A stretch of DNA of 64,000 nucleotides from Squalus acanthias (lineage: Eukaryota), in assembly GCA_030390025.1 (NCBI GenBank), contig JASTWF010000034.1:1426001-1490000 (forward strand), in the 5' to 3' direction. The notes under the pieces are model-generated. The model searched no databases. It worked only from the letters and a program-made list of their open reading frames with translations, and was not told where the DNA came from. Made by a program: the position numbers and the translations under genes. Every line of letters starts with the position of its first letter. Position 1 is the stretch's first letter. Shown here in pieces: positions 25,745 through 39,815 of this stretch.

Positions 25745-27282
25745 TTTGAATGTTGTGAGCGTTCCTGCCTCTACCACCCTATAAGGGAGTGAGCTCCAGA
25801 TTTCAACCACCCTCCAAGTGAAAAAGTTTTGCCTCAAATCCCCTCTAAACCTCCTGCCCCTTACCTTGAAACTTTGCCCCCTGGTTATTGACCCCTCTAC
25901 GAAGGGAAGAATTTCCTTTTTACCACCGTAGCTATGCCCCTCATAATTTTGTACACCTCAATCAGGTCCCCCCTCAGCCTTCACTGATATAAGGAAAACA
26001 ACCCCATCCTGTCCAGTCTCTCTTCACAGCTGAAACGCTCCAGCCCAGGTAACATCCTGGTGAATCTCCTCTGCACCCTCTCCAATGCAATCACATCCCT
26101 CCTATAGTGTGGTGACCAGAACTGCACACAGTATTCCAGCTGTGGCCTAACCAGCGTTTTGTACAGCTCCATCATAACCTCCCTGCTCTTATATTCTATG
26201 CCTCGGCTAATGAAGGCAAGTATCCAATATGCCTTTTTAACCACCTTATCCACCTGCCCTGCTGCCTTCAGGGATCTATGTACATGCACGCCAAGGGCCC
26301 TCTGATCCTCTGTCCTTCCTAGGGTCCTACCATTCATTGTGTATTCCCTTGCCTTGTTTGTCCTCCCAAATGCATCACCTCACACTTTTCAGGGTTAAAT
26401 TCCATTTGCCACTGTTCTGCCCATCTAACCATCCCGCCTATATTGTCCTGTAGTCTGAGGCTTCCCTCCTCGCTATTTACCACTCCACCAATTTTCCTGT
26501 CATCTGCGAACTAACATTCATATCTAAATCATTAATGTACACTACAAACAGCAAAGGACCCAGCACCGATCCCTGCGGTACACCACTGGACACTGGCTTC
26601 CATTCACAAAAACTACCTTCGACCATCACCATCTGCCTCCTGCCACTAAGTCAATTTTGAATCCAATGTGCCAAATTGCCCTGGATCCCATGGCCTCTTA
26701 CCTTCTTGACCAGACTCCTATGTGGGACTTTATCAAAAGCCTTACTGAAGACCATGTAGATGACACCAACTGCACTATCCTCATCCACACACCTAGTCAC
26801 CCCCTCAAAAAATTCAATCAAATTGGTTAGATATGATCTCCCCCTGACAAAGCCATGCTGACTATCCCTGATTAATCCTTGCCTCTCCAAGTGGAGACTA
26901 ATTCTGTCCCTCAGAATTTTTTCCACTAATTTCCCTATCACTGATGTTAGGCTCACTGGCCTGTAATTCCCTGGTTTATCCCTACTACCCTTCTTGAACA
27001 ATGGTACTACGTTAGCTGTTCTCCAGTCCTCTGGCACCTCCCCTGTGGTCAGAGAGGTTCTGAAAATTTGTGTCCGAGCCCCTGCAGTCTCCTCCCTTGC
27101 CTCACACAGCAGCCTGGGATACATCCCGTCAGGGCCTGGGGATTTATTCACTTTTAAGCCCGCTAAAACCGCTAGTACCGCCTCCTCTCAATACTAATTT
27201 GTTCAAGTATATCACAATCCCCCTGCCTGATTTCTATGCCTCCATCGTCCTTCTCCATAGTGAACACAGATGCAAAATATTA
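25745..27282 (-). mobile_element. CR1 ORF2 fragment
   Basis: [56 protein letters not shown]. Confidence 0.92.
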
Positions 27283-29377
27283 ATTTCAGAGCTTTACTCT
27301 GTACCAAACATTGTCTGAACCTGCCCTGGGATTATTTGATGGGACAGTGTAGAGAGTTTTTCTCTGTATCTAACCCGTGCTGTACCTGCCCTGAGAGTGT
27401 TTGATGTTACATTGCAGAGGGAAGTTCACTCTGTATCTACCCTGTGCTTTACCTGCCCTGGGAGAGTTTGATGGGACAGTGTAAACGGATCTTTAATCTG
27501 TATCTAATCCATGCTGCACCTGCTTTGGGAGTGTTTGATGGGCCAGTGTTGTTGTAACTTTACTTTGTGCCTACCTCTTGTTGTGCCTGTCTTGGAAGGG
27601 TTTGATGGGCAGTGTAGAGGCAGCTTTAGTCTGTATCTAACACATGCTGTACCTGCTCTGGGAGAGTTTGATGGGCAGTGTAGAGGCAGCTTTAGTCTGT
27701 ATCTAACCCGTGCTGTACCTGCTCTGGGAGAGTTTGATGGGACAGTGTAGAGGCAGCTTTAGTCTGTATCTAACACATGCTGTACCTGCTCTGGGAGAGT
27801 TTGATGGGACACTGTAGAGGCAGCTTTAGTCTGTATCTAACACATGCTGTACCTGCTCTGGGAGAGTTTGATGGGATAGTGTCGAGGGAGTTTTAATCTG
27901 TCTTACTCGTGTTCTGCATGTCCTGGATGGGTTTAATGGGACAGTGTAGAGAGAGCTTTACTCTATCAAACGTGGTCTGAACCTGCCCTGGGAGTGGTTT
28001 GCTGGGACAGTGTAGAGGGAGATTTACTCTATCTAACCTGTTCGGAACCTGCCATGGGAGTGTTTGATGGGACAGTGTAGAGGGATCTTTACTCTGTATC
28101 TAACCGCTGCTGTCCCTACCCTGGGAGTGTTTGATGGGACAGTGTAGAGGAAGCTTTACTCTGTATCTAACCCGTGCTGTACCTGCCCTGGGGTTGTTTG
28201 ATGGGACAGTGTAGAGGGAGCTTTACTCTGTATCTAACCCATGCTGTACATGCCCTGGGAGTGTTAAATTGGACAGTGTTGATGCAGCTTTACTCTCTCT
28301 GCCTAACTCGTGTTCTGCCTGTTCTGGACGGGTTTGATGGGACAGTGTAAAGGGAGTTTTACTCTGTATCTTAATCGTGCTGTACCTGCCATGGGGGAGT
28401 TTGATGGGACATTGTAGAGGGAGCTTTACTCTGTATCTAACCCCTGCTCTAACTGCACTGGGAGTGTTTGATGGGACATTTTAGAGGGAGCTTTACTCTG
28501 TATCTAACCCATGCTGTTCCTGCCCTGGGAGAGTTTGATGAGACAGTTCAGAGGGAGCTTTACTCTGTATCTACACATGCTGTACCTGCCCTGGGAGTGT
28601 TTGATGGGACAGTGTAGTGAGAGCTTTACTCTTTACCAATCATTGTTTGAACCTGCCCTGGGAGTGTTGGATGTGACAATGTAGAGGGAGATTTACTCTG
28701 TATCTAACCAGTGCTGTACCTGCCCTGGACGGGTTTGATGGGACAGTGTAGAGGGAGCTCTAAACTGTATCAAACATGGTCTGAACCTGCCAGGGGAGTG
28801 GTTGATGGGACAATGCAGAGATGCACTTTACACTATATCTAACCTGTGCTGTACCTGCCCTGTGAGAGTTTAATGGGACAGTGTAGAGGGAACTTTACTC
28901 TGTGTGAAACATATTCTGAACCTCCTGTGGGAGTGTTTGATGAGACAGTGTAGAGTGAGATTTACTCTGTATCTAACCTGTGCTGAAACTGCCCTGGGTG
29001 GGTTTGATGGGACATTGAAGAGGGCGCTTAACTCTGTAGCTAAATCGTGTTGTGCCTGTCCTGGGAGAGTTTGAGGGGAAAGTCTAGAATCAGCTTTACC
29101 AGTATCAAACATGGTCTCAACCTGTCCTGGGAGTGTTTCATGGGACAGTGAAGAGGGAACTTTACTCTGCATCTAACCCGTGTTATACGTGTCCTGGGAG
29201 CGATTTGATGGAATAGTGTAGAGGGAGATTTACTCTATCTAACCCGTGCTGTACCTGCACTGGAAGTGTTTGATGAGACAGTGTAGAGGGATCTTTGCTC
29301 TGTATCTAACCCGTGTTGTGCCTGTCCTGGACAGGTTTGATGTAACAGTGTAGAGGAAGCCTTACTCTGTATCAAAC

Positions 29378-30005
29378 GGTATGTTGGTGTTCATTGCAAG
29401 AGGATTTGAGTACAGGAGCAAGAATGTCTTACTACAGTTATACAGGGCCTTGGTGAGACCACACCTGGTGTACTGTGTGCTGTTTTGGTCTCCCTACCTA
29501 AGAAAGGATATATTTGCCACAGATGGAGTGCAGCGAAGATTCACCAGACTGATTCCTGGGATGACAGGACTGACGTTTTAGGAGAGGTTGGGTCGACTAG
29601 GCCTGTATTCACTAGAGATTAGAAGAAGGAATGGGCATCTGATTGAAAGGTATAAAATTCTGACAGTGCTAGACAGACTGGATGCAGGGAAGATGTTTCC
29701 CCTGGCTGGGGTGTCTAGAACGAGGGGTCACAGTCTCAGGATACGGGGTAGGTCATTTAGGACTGAGATGAGGAGAAATATCTTCACTCAGAGGGTGGTG
29801 AACCTGTGGAATTCTCTACCACAGAGGCTGTGGTGTCCAGATCACTGAATATATTTAAGAAGGAGATAGATAGATTTCTAGACACAAAAGGCATCAAGGG
29901 GTATGGGGAGAGACCGGGAATTTGGTACTGTGATAGAGGAGCAGCCATGATCATGTTGAATGGCGGAGCAGGCTCGAATGGCCGACTCCTGCTCCTACTT
30001 TTCTA
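29378..30005 (+). mobile_element. 5'-truncated CR1 with a 10-bp target-site duplication
   Basis: LYRALVRPHLVYCVLFWSPY to the ttctatg tail; TGTATCAAAC at 29368-29377 and 30006-30015. Confidence 0.88.
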
Positions 30006-30989
30006 TGTATCAAACATTGACTGAACCTGCCCTGAGGTCCTTTTATGGGACAGTGTAGAGGGAGCTTTACTCTGTATCTAACCCGTGCTGCACCTGCCCT
30101 GGGAGTGTATGGCGGGACAGTTTAGAGGGAACTTTACTCTCTGTCAAACATGTTCTGAACATGCTCTGGGAGTGTTTGATGGGACAGTGTAGAGTGAGAA
30201 TTAATTTGTATCTAACCTGTGCTGAAACTGCCCTGGGTGTGTTTGATGGGACATGGTAGAGGGAGCTTTATTCTGTTTCTAATCCTTGCTGTACTTGCCC
30301 TGCGAGTGTTTGATGGGACAGTGCAGAGAGCGCTTTACTCTGTATCTAACCAGTGCTGTACCTGCCCTGGGAGTGTTTGATGGGACAGTGCAGAGAGCGC
30401 TTTACTCTGTATCTTACCCATGCTGTACCTGCCCTGGGAGTGTTTGATGGGACAGTGTTGATGCAGCTTTATGCTGTGTCTAACTCGTGGTCTGCCTGTC
30501 CTGGACGGGTTTGAAGGGACAGTGTAGGGGGAGCTTGACCCTGTATCAAACATGGTCTGAACTAGCCATGGGAGTGTTTGATGGGCCAGTGTAGAGGGAG
30601 CTTTACTCTGTATCTAACCAGTGCTGTACCTGCCCTGAGAGAGTTTGTTGGGCCAGTGTAGAGGGACCTTTACTCTCTATCTAACCTTTGCTGAAACTGC
30701 CCTGGGAGTGTTTGATGGGACAGTGTAGAGGGAGCTTTACCTGCCCTGGGAGTGTTTGATGGGACAGTGTAGAGGGAGCTTTACTCTGTATCTAACCTGT
30801 GCTGTACCTGCCCTGAGAGAGTTTGTTGGGCCAGTGTAGAGGGACCTTTACTCTCTATCTAAACTTTGCTGAAACTGCCCTGGGAGTGTTTGATGGGACA
30901 GTGCTGAGGGAGATTTACACTGTGTCTAAGTCGTGTTGTGCCTGTCCTGGGAGAGTTTGATGGGGCAGTGTTGGGGTAGATTTACTCTG

Positions 30990-31620
30990 CCTCTGACCTA
31001 TTCTGCCCAATTGGTTTGTGCCAGTTTTTATTCCCCACACAAGCCTCCTCTCACCCCTCTTCATCTAATTCTATTAGCATAGCCTTATATTCCTTTCTCC
31101 CTCATGTGTTTATCGAGCTTCTCCTTAAATGCATCTGTACTATTCGCCTCCACTACTCCCTGTGGTAGTGAGTTCCACATTCTTACCTCTCTTTGGGTGA
31201 GAATTTCTCCTGAATTCTCCATTGGATTATTAGTGACTATCTTATATTGATGATCTCCAGTTTTGGACTCCCACAAGTGGAAACATTTTCTCCACGACCA
31301 CCCTTTATAACCTTCTCATAATCTTAAAGACCTCTATCCGGTCATCCATCAGCATTCTCTTTCTTCAGGAGAAAAGAGACCCAGCCTGTTCAGCCTTTCC
31401 TGATAAGTATATCCTCTCAGTTCTAGGATCATCCTTACAAATCTCCTTCTCCAGTGCCTCTATATTAAGAACATAAGAAATAAGAGCAGGAGTAGGCCAT
31501 TGGGCCCCTCGTAATAATATGGATACCAGAGCTTTTCACGGTACTCCAAGTATGATCTAACCCAGGGTCAGTACAAGTTTAACATAACCTCCCTGCTTTG
31601 CAATTCTATCCCTCTGGAAA
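30990..31620 (-). mobile_element. Old CR1 3' fragment
   Basis: TQREVRMWNSLPQGVVEANSTDAFKEKLDKHM. Confidence 0.75.
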
Positions 31621-34600
31621 TACCCCACGCCCCTCACTGTAACACTTTGTGATATATTCTATTTCCCTCGCTGTAACACTCTGATATACCCGACACCCCT
31701 CAATGTAACACACTGATATAACCCCAGACCCCTGACTGTAACACTCTGTTATACACCACACCCCTCACTGTAACACTCTGATATGCCCAACACCGGTCAT
31801 TGCATTACGCTGATGTACCCTACACCCGTAACTGTAGCACTCTGATGCAAACCCACTCCCATGACTACAACACTCTGATATACCCCACACATGCCTTCGT
31901 GTAACACACCGATATACCCCACACCCCTTATGGTAACAGTCTGATATACGCCGCTCCCCTCAATTTAACACTCTGATATACCTCACACACCTCATTAACA
32001 CTCTGATATACCCCATAATTTAATCCTCTCTTACATATTTCAAACCTCTCACTGTAACAGACCGATATACCCCACTCACATCCCTTTAACACTCTGATAT
32101 ACCCCACACCATTCACTTAAATTCTCTTACATATCCCAAACCTCTCACTGCAACAGACCGATATACCCAACTCCCCTCCCTTTAACACTCTGATATACCC
32201 CACAATCCTTGCTGTAACAATTTGATGTACCCCACACCCATCACTGTAATAATCTGATATACCCCACACCCCTCACTATAACACTCTGATATAAACCACA
32301 CCCCTCACTGTAACACTCTGATATACCCCACACTCCTGATTATAACACTCTCTTACCTACCCCAAGGAAGGCAAATGGTATGCTGGCCTTCATTACAAGA
32401 GGATTTGAGTACAGGAGTAAACAGGTCTTAATCCCTTGATATCGGACCTTGGTGAGACCGCACCTGGAGTACTGTTAACAATTTTGGTTTCCTTACCTTA
32501 TTAAATAAATATTTGCCATAGAGGGAGTGCAACGAAGGTTCACGAGATTGATTCCTGGGAAGGCGGATCTGTCGTATGAGAAGAGATTGAGTAAACTAGG
32601 CCTGTATTCTCTTGAATTCAGAAGAATGAGTGGGGATTTCATTGAAGCATAAACAATTATTACAGGGCTTGATAGTTTGGATGCTGGGAGAATGTTTCCC
32701 TTGGCTGGGGAGTCTAGAACCAGGGGCCACAGCCTCATGATAAAGGGTAGGCCATTCAGGACTGAGATGAGATGCATAGAAACATAGAAGATAGGAGCAG
32801 GAGTAGGCCATTCGGCCCCTCGAGCCTGCTCCGCCATTCAATGCGATCATGGCTGATCATCCAAATTCAGAACCCTGTCCCTGCTTTCTCCCCATATCCC
32901 TTGATCCCCTTAGACTTAAGAAATATATCTAACTCTAATAAAGATATTTCTTCACACAGAGGCTGGTGAATGTTTGGAATTCTCTACCCCAGAGGGCTGT
33001 GGAGGCTCAGTCATTTAATATATTCAAAACAGAAGTCGATAGGTTTCTGACTAGTAAGGGCATCAAGGGATATCGAGATAAGGCCGGTGAATGGAATTGA
33101 GGCAGAAAATCAGCCATGATCTCATTGAATGGCGGAGCAGGCTCAAGGGGCCGAATGGCCTACTCCTGCTCCTATTTCTTACGTTATGTTCTTAAACCTC
33201 TCATTGTAACACACCGTTTTACCCCACACCCCTCACTGTAACACTCTGATATACTCCATACCCCTCACTGTAACAATTCATATACTCCACACCCCTCACT
33301 GTAACACTCTCTGATATACTCCATACCCCTCACTGAAACACTCTCTGATATACTCCACACCCCTCACTGAAACACTCTCTGATATACCCACACCCCTCAC
33401 TGTAACACTCTCTGATATACTCCGACACCCCCTCACTGAAACACTCTGATATACCCCACATCCCTCACTGTAACACTCTCTGATATACCCCACACCCCTC
33501 ACTGTAACACTCTGATATACCCAACACCGCTCATTGTATTACTCTGATGTACCCCACACCCCTCACGGTAGCACTTTGATGTAAACCCACTTCCCTGACT
33601 ACAACACTCTGATATACCCCACACACCCCTCACTGTAAATATCTATATACCCAACACCCCTCACTATAACACTCTGATATAAACCCACACATCCCTTACA
33701 GTAACACACTGATATACCTCACACACCTCTCTGTACCACTCTGATATACCACTTAATTTAATCCTCTTATATATTACAAACCTCTCACTGTAACAGACCG
33801 ATATACCCCACTGACCTCACTTTAACACTCTGATATATCCCACATGCCTCACTGTAATGCTCTGATATACCCCACACCCCTCACTTTAACCTCCCCGCGA
33901 TACCCCATCTCGCTGTAACACTTTGATATACCCCACACCGCTCGCTGTAAAGCTGTGATTTAGCCGTCACCTCTCACTCTAATACTCTGATGTATCCCAC
34001 ATCCTTCACATCAACACTCTGATATTCCCCACATGACTCACTGTAACTCTCTGATATACCCCACACACCTCACTGCACATGCTGATATACCCCACACCCC
34101 TCACAGTAACACTCTGATAAACACCACACCCCTCACTGTAACACGCTGATATACTCCACACCCCTCACTGTAACACTCTGATATACTCCACACCCCTCAC
34201 TGTAACACTCTGATATACTCCACACCCCTCACTGTAACACTCTGATATACTCCACACCCCTCACTGTAACACTCTGATATACCCCACACCCCTCACTGTA
34301 ACACTGATATACCTCACACCCCTCACTGTAACACTCTGATATACCCCACACCCCTCACTGTAACACTCTGATATACTCCACACCCCTCACTGTAACACTC
34401 TGATATACCCCACACCCCTCACTGTAACACTGATATACCCCACACCCCTCACTGTAACACTCTGATATACCCCACACTCCTCACTGTAACACACTGATAT
34501 ACCCCACACTCCTCACTGTAACACTCTGATATACCCCACACCCCTCACTGTAACACTCTGATATACCCCACACCCCTCACTGTAACACGCTGATATACTC

Positions 34601-37175
34601 CACACCCCTCACTGTAACACGCTGATATACCCCACACACCTCACTGTAACACGCTGATAAACCCCACACCCCTCACTGTAACTCTCTGATATACCCCACA
34701 TACCTCACTGTAACTCTCTGATATACCCCACACATCTCACTGCACACGCTGATAAACCCCACACCCCTCACGGTAACACTATGATATTCCCCACACCCCT
34801 CACTGTAACACACTGATATACCCAACACCCCTCACTGTAACACAGTGATATACCCCATACCCCTCACTGTAACACTCTGATATGCTGCACACCCCTCACT
34901 GTAACACTCTGATATTCCCTACACCCCTCACTGTAACACGCTGATATACACCACACCCCTCACTGTAACACTCTGATATACTCCACACCTCTCACTGTAA
35001 CACTCTGATATACCCCACACCCCTCACTGTAACACTCTGATATACCCCACACCCCTCACTGTAACACTCTGATATGCTGCACACCCCTCACTGTAACACT
35101 CTGATATTCCCTACACCCCTCACTGTAACACGCTGATATACACCACACCCCTCACTGTAACACTCTGATATACTCCACACCTCTCACTGTAACACTCTGA
35201 TATACCCCACACCCCTCACTGTAACACTCTGATATACCCCACACCCCTCACTGTAACTCTCTGATAAACCCCACACCCCTCACTGTAACACTCTGATATA
35301 CACCACACCCCTCACTGTAACACACTGATAAACCCCACACCCCTCACTGTAACACTGATATTCCCCACACCCCTCACTGTAACACGCTGATATACCCCAC
35401 ACCCCTCACTGTAACTCTCTGATATACCCCACACCCCTCACTGTAACACTCTGATATACCCCACACCCCTCACTGTAACACTCTGATATACCCCACACCC
35501 CTCACTGTAACACGCTGATATACCCCACACCCCTCACTGTAACACTCTGATATACCCCACACCCCTCACTGTAACACGCTGATATACCCCACACCCCTCA
35601 CTGTAACACGCTGATAAACCCCACACCCCTCACTGTAACTCTCTGATATACCCCACACCCCTCACTGTAACACTCTGATATACCCCACACCCTCACTGTA
35701 ACACACTGATATACCCCACACCCCTCACTGTAACACTCTGATATACTCCACACCCCTCACTGTAACACACTGATATACCCACACCCCTCACTGTAACTCA
35801 CTGATATACCCCACACCCCTCACTGTAACACTCTGATATACTCCACACCCCTCACTGTAACACACTGATATACCCCACACCCCTCACTGTAACACACTGA
35901 TATACCCCACACCCCTCACTGTAACACTCTGATATGCTCCACACCTCTCACTGTAACAATCTGATATGCTGCACACCCCTCACTGTAACACTCTGATATT
36001 CCCTACACCCCTCACTGTAACACGCTGATATACACCACACCCCTCACTGTAACACTCTGATATGCTGCACACCCCTCACTGTAACACTCTGATATACCCC
36101 ACACCCCTCACTGTAACTCTCTGATATACCCCACACCCCTCACTGTAACTCTCTGATATATCCCACACCCCTCACTGTAACACGCTGATATACCCCACAC
36201 CCCTCACTGCAACATGCTGATCTACCCCACACCCTTCAATGTAACACTATGATATACTCCACACCCCTCACTGTAACACTCTGATATACCCCACACCCCT
36301 CACTGTAACACACTGATATACACCACACCCCTCACTGTAACACTGATATACTCCACACCCCTCACTGTAACACTCTGATATACCCCACACCCCTCACTGT
36401 AACACTCTGATATACCCAACACCCCTCACTGTAACACTCTGATATGCTGCACACCCCTCACTGTAATACTCTGATAAACCCAACACCCCTCACTGTAACA
36501 CTGATATACCCCACACCCCTCACTGTAACACTGATATACCCCACACCCCTCACTGTAACACTGATATACCCCACACCCCTCACTGTAACACTGAGATACC
36601 CCACACTCCTCACTGTAACACTGATATACCCCACACCCCTCACTGTAACATTGATATACCCCACACCCCTCACTGTAATACTCTGATATACCCCACACCC
36701 CTCACTGTAACACTGATATACCCAACACCCCTCACTGTAACACTGATATACCCCACACCCCTCACTGTAACACTCTGATATGCTGCACACCCCTCACTGT
36801 AATACACTGATATACCCCACACCCCTCACTGTAACACTGATATACCCCACAGCCCTCACTGTAACACTGATATACCCCACACCTCTCACTGTAACACTGA
36901 TATACCCCACACCCCTCACTGTAACACTCTGATATGCTGCACACCCCTCACTGTAATACACTGATATACCCCACACCCCTCACTGTAACACTGATATACC
37001 CCACACCCCTCACTGTAACACTGATATACCCCACACCTCTCACTGTAACACTATGATATTCCCCACAACCCTCACTGTAACACTCTGATATACACCACAC
37101 CTCATTGTTATACTCTGATAAACCCCTCAATGTAATTGTCTCTTACATACTGATACACCCCACACCACTCACTGT
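31620..37175 (-). repeat. 32/30-bp minisatellite (CCCCACACCCCTCACTGTAACAC[TC]TGATATA)n, same family as 1480-4050 but in opposite orientation
   Basis: Reverse complement of the 30-bp unit, mostly with a 2-bp insertion; interrupted by CR1 at 32350-33195. Confidence 0.95.
32350..33195 (+). mobile_element. 5'-truncated CR1 with a nested inverted CR1-type tail (~32775-32937)
   Basis: ggcaaatggtatgctggccttcatt..gtgagaccgcacctggagtactg..tail at 33170-33195; nested catagaaacatagaagataggagcaggagtaggcc. Confidence 0.85.
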
Positions 37176-37429
37176 TGTCACTGCCACTTTAATCCCATGG
37201 GCTTCAATTTTGGTAATATGTGATCCTTTATTAAGCACCTTTTGTAATGATTGGGAAAGTGTGAGTAGTATCAATCATACAACGATAGAATTGGTGATCC
37301 TAGTGGTGTTGACAATTTGTTTAGCGTACTTGACGCCCCGCTCTGATCACAGGCCTCATCTGGTTTCAATCAATGAATTATAAAATCATTGATTTTAATC
37401 CTATTTTATTATTTCTATGTATTTGTTCT

Positions 37430-38212
37430 CAGGCTAGGGGTGGCGCTGTCAAGGTTGGTATCACTTGCCCATCCCTAGTTACCCATGAGAAAATGGTGGG
37501 CCTTCATCTTGAGCCGCTGCAGTCCGTGTGGTGAAGGTGCTCCCACAATACTGTTACTGAAGGATTTTCAAGCTTTTGACCCAGTGACGATGAAAGAACG
37601 GTGATATATTTGAAGGGTACGGTAGCATAGTGGTTATGTTGCTGGACTAGTAAACCAGATGACTGGACAAATGATCCAGAGACATGTGTTCAAATCCGAA
37701 AAGCTGGGGGAATTTAAATTCAATTAATTAAACAAATCTGGAATGAAAAGCTTGTGTCAATAAGGGTGACCATGAAAGCAGACAAGATAAGATTAACTGT
37801 AGTCATCTGGCTGTGTTCTCTGACAATATATGCTGTGCCTATATACATCTCTTCACTAAACCTGACGAAGGAGCAGCGCTCCGAAAGCTTGTGATTTCAA
37901 ATAAAGCTGTTGGACTATTACCTGGTGTTGTGCGACTTCTCACATTTGTCCACCCCAGTCCAACACCGGCATCTCCACATCATGAACGTACCGGATTGTC
38001 GTAAAGTTCCACCTGGTTCACTAATGGCCTTTCGGGAGAGAAATCTGCCGCCCTTACCTGGTCTGGCTGAAATGTAAATCCAGACCCCCTGCAATGTGGT
38101 TGACTCTGAAATGGCCCAGCAAGACATTCACTTGTCTCAGGCGGCTCCCCACCACCTGCTGATGGGAAATAAATGCTGGCCTTGTCAGCGGTGCCCACAT
38201 CCCAAGAATTAG
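37430..38212. mobile_element. Nested SINE/LINE-tail cluster: tRNA-derived SINE (+, from ~37615) interrupted by a Penelope pLTR fragment (~37778-37985)
   Basis: A-box ggtagcatagtgg and B-box gttcaaatcc; the pLTR text matches 6127-6218 plus the reverse complement of 4171-4208. Confidence 0.7.
37853..37894 (+). ncRNA. Minimal hammerhead ribozyme motif (Penelope pLTR)
   Basis: CTGACGA-a-ggagc-agc-gctcc-GAAA-gc-TT-gtga; core intact, stem I weak. Confidence 0.6.
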
Positions 38213-38519
38213 TTATAAAAATGATTTATTACGTGTCATAATGATTGAAAAAGCGTCATAATGTTTTATTAATGGTCATAATGATTTATAAAGGGTTATA
38301 AAAGATCTGTAAAGTGGTGCAATGATTTTAAAGTGTTATAATGACTAATAAAGTCCTGGTGCCGGGCCATCTCCTCCCCGGGCTGGGCTGCTCGGGGTCC
38401 TGTGGGCCGTGCCGGGCCAGGCAGCTCCGCCTCGCCGCCCGCTCTCACAGTAACCGCGACTCCAACTGCTCCCGCCATCCAGATACTCGCCTCCCGCCGC
38501 CAGGGACAGACCCCGAGTG

Positions 38520-39758
38520 ACTGCCACAATCCTTGTGCGGGGCTCCTGAGCCGCAATCCTTGTGCGGGGCTCCTGAGCCACAATCCTTGTGCGGGGCTCC
38601 TGAGCCACAATCCTTGTGCGGGGCCCCTGAGCCGCAATCCTTGTGCGGGGCCCCAGAGCCGCCATCATTGTGCGGGGCTCCTGAGCCGCAATCCTTGTGC
38701 GGGGCTCCTGAGCCACAATCCTTGTGCGGGGCCCCTGAGCCACAATCCTTGTGCGGGGCTCCTGAGCCACAATCCTTGTGCGGGGCTCCTGAGCCACAAT
38801 CCTTGTGCGGGGCCCCTGAGCCACAATCCTTGTGCGGGGCTCCTGAGCCACAATCCTTGTGCGGGGCTCCTGAGCCACAATCCTTGTGCGGGGCTCCTGA
38901 GCCACAATCCTTGTGCGCGGCCCCTGAGCCACAATCTTTGTGCGGGGCCCCAGAGCCACAATCCTTGTGCGGGGCCCCTGAGCCGCCATCTTGTGCGGGG
39001 CTCCTGAGCCACAATCCTTGTGCGGGGCCCCTGAGCCACAATCCTCGTGCGGGGCCCCAGCGCTGCCATCTTTGTGCGCGGCCCCAGAGCCGCCATCTTT
39101 GTGCGGGACCCCAGTGCCGCCATCTTTCTGTCGGGCGCCGGAGCCGCCATATTTGTGCAGGGCGCGGGTGCTGCCATCTTTGTGCTGTGCCCCAGAGACT
39201 ACTTTTTGTGCTGGTCCCCAGAGACGCCATCTTTGTGCAGGGCGCGGGTACTGCCATCTTTGAGCGGGGTTCCAGACCCACCATCTTTTTGCTGAGCACC
39301 AGAGGAGCCATCTTTGTGCGGAGCGCCAGTGCCCCCATTTTTGTGCGTGGACCCGGAGCCACCATCTTTGTGCGGGGCCCCAGAGCCCCCATTTTTGTGC
39401 GTGGACCCGGAGCCACCATCTTTGTGCGGGGCCCCAGAGCTGCCATCTTTGTGCGGGGCCCCAGTGCCCCCATTTTTGTGCGTGGACCCAGAGCCACCAT
39501 CTTTGTGCGGGGCCACAGAGCCCCCATTTTTGTGCGTGGACCCGGAGCCACCATCTTTGTGCGGAACCCCAGAGCCGCCATCTTTGGGCAGGGCCCCAGA
39601 GCCGCCATCTTTGTGCTGGGCTGCAGAGCCGCCATCTTTGTGCAGGGCCCCAGAGCCGCCATATTTGTGCGGAGCCCCAGAGCCGCCATCTTTGTGCTGG
39701 GCCCCGGAGCCGCCATCTCTGTGCGGGGCCCCGGAGCCGCCATCTTTGTGCGGGGGGC
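38520..39758. repeat. 27-bp GC/CpG-rich minisatellite, right half rich in GCCGCCATCTT
   Basis: 9-aa period in all frames; the unit drifts from gagccacaatccttgtgcggggctcct to gagccgccatctttgtgcggggcccca. Confidence 0.95.
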
Positions 39759-39815
39759 CACATTATCAGGCCCAGGGAACTGTCAACACTTGGGCTGCAA
39801 AGTCTCCGCTTCTTC

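Larger units (their letters stand above)
24272..30990 (+). repeat. 67-bp satellite field interrupted by three CR1 insertions
   Basis: Satellite at ~24272-24688, 25392-25745, 27288-29377 and 30006-30990. Confidence 0.92.

Noticed and set aside
37615..37700. tRNA gene
   Set aside because: A and B boxes are present, but there is no cloverleaf and the sequence continues into a SINE body.
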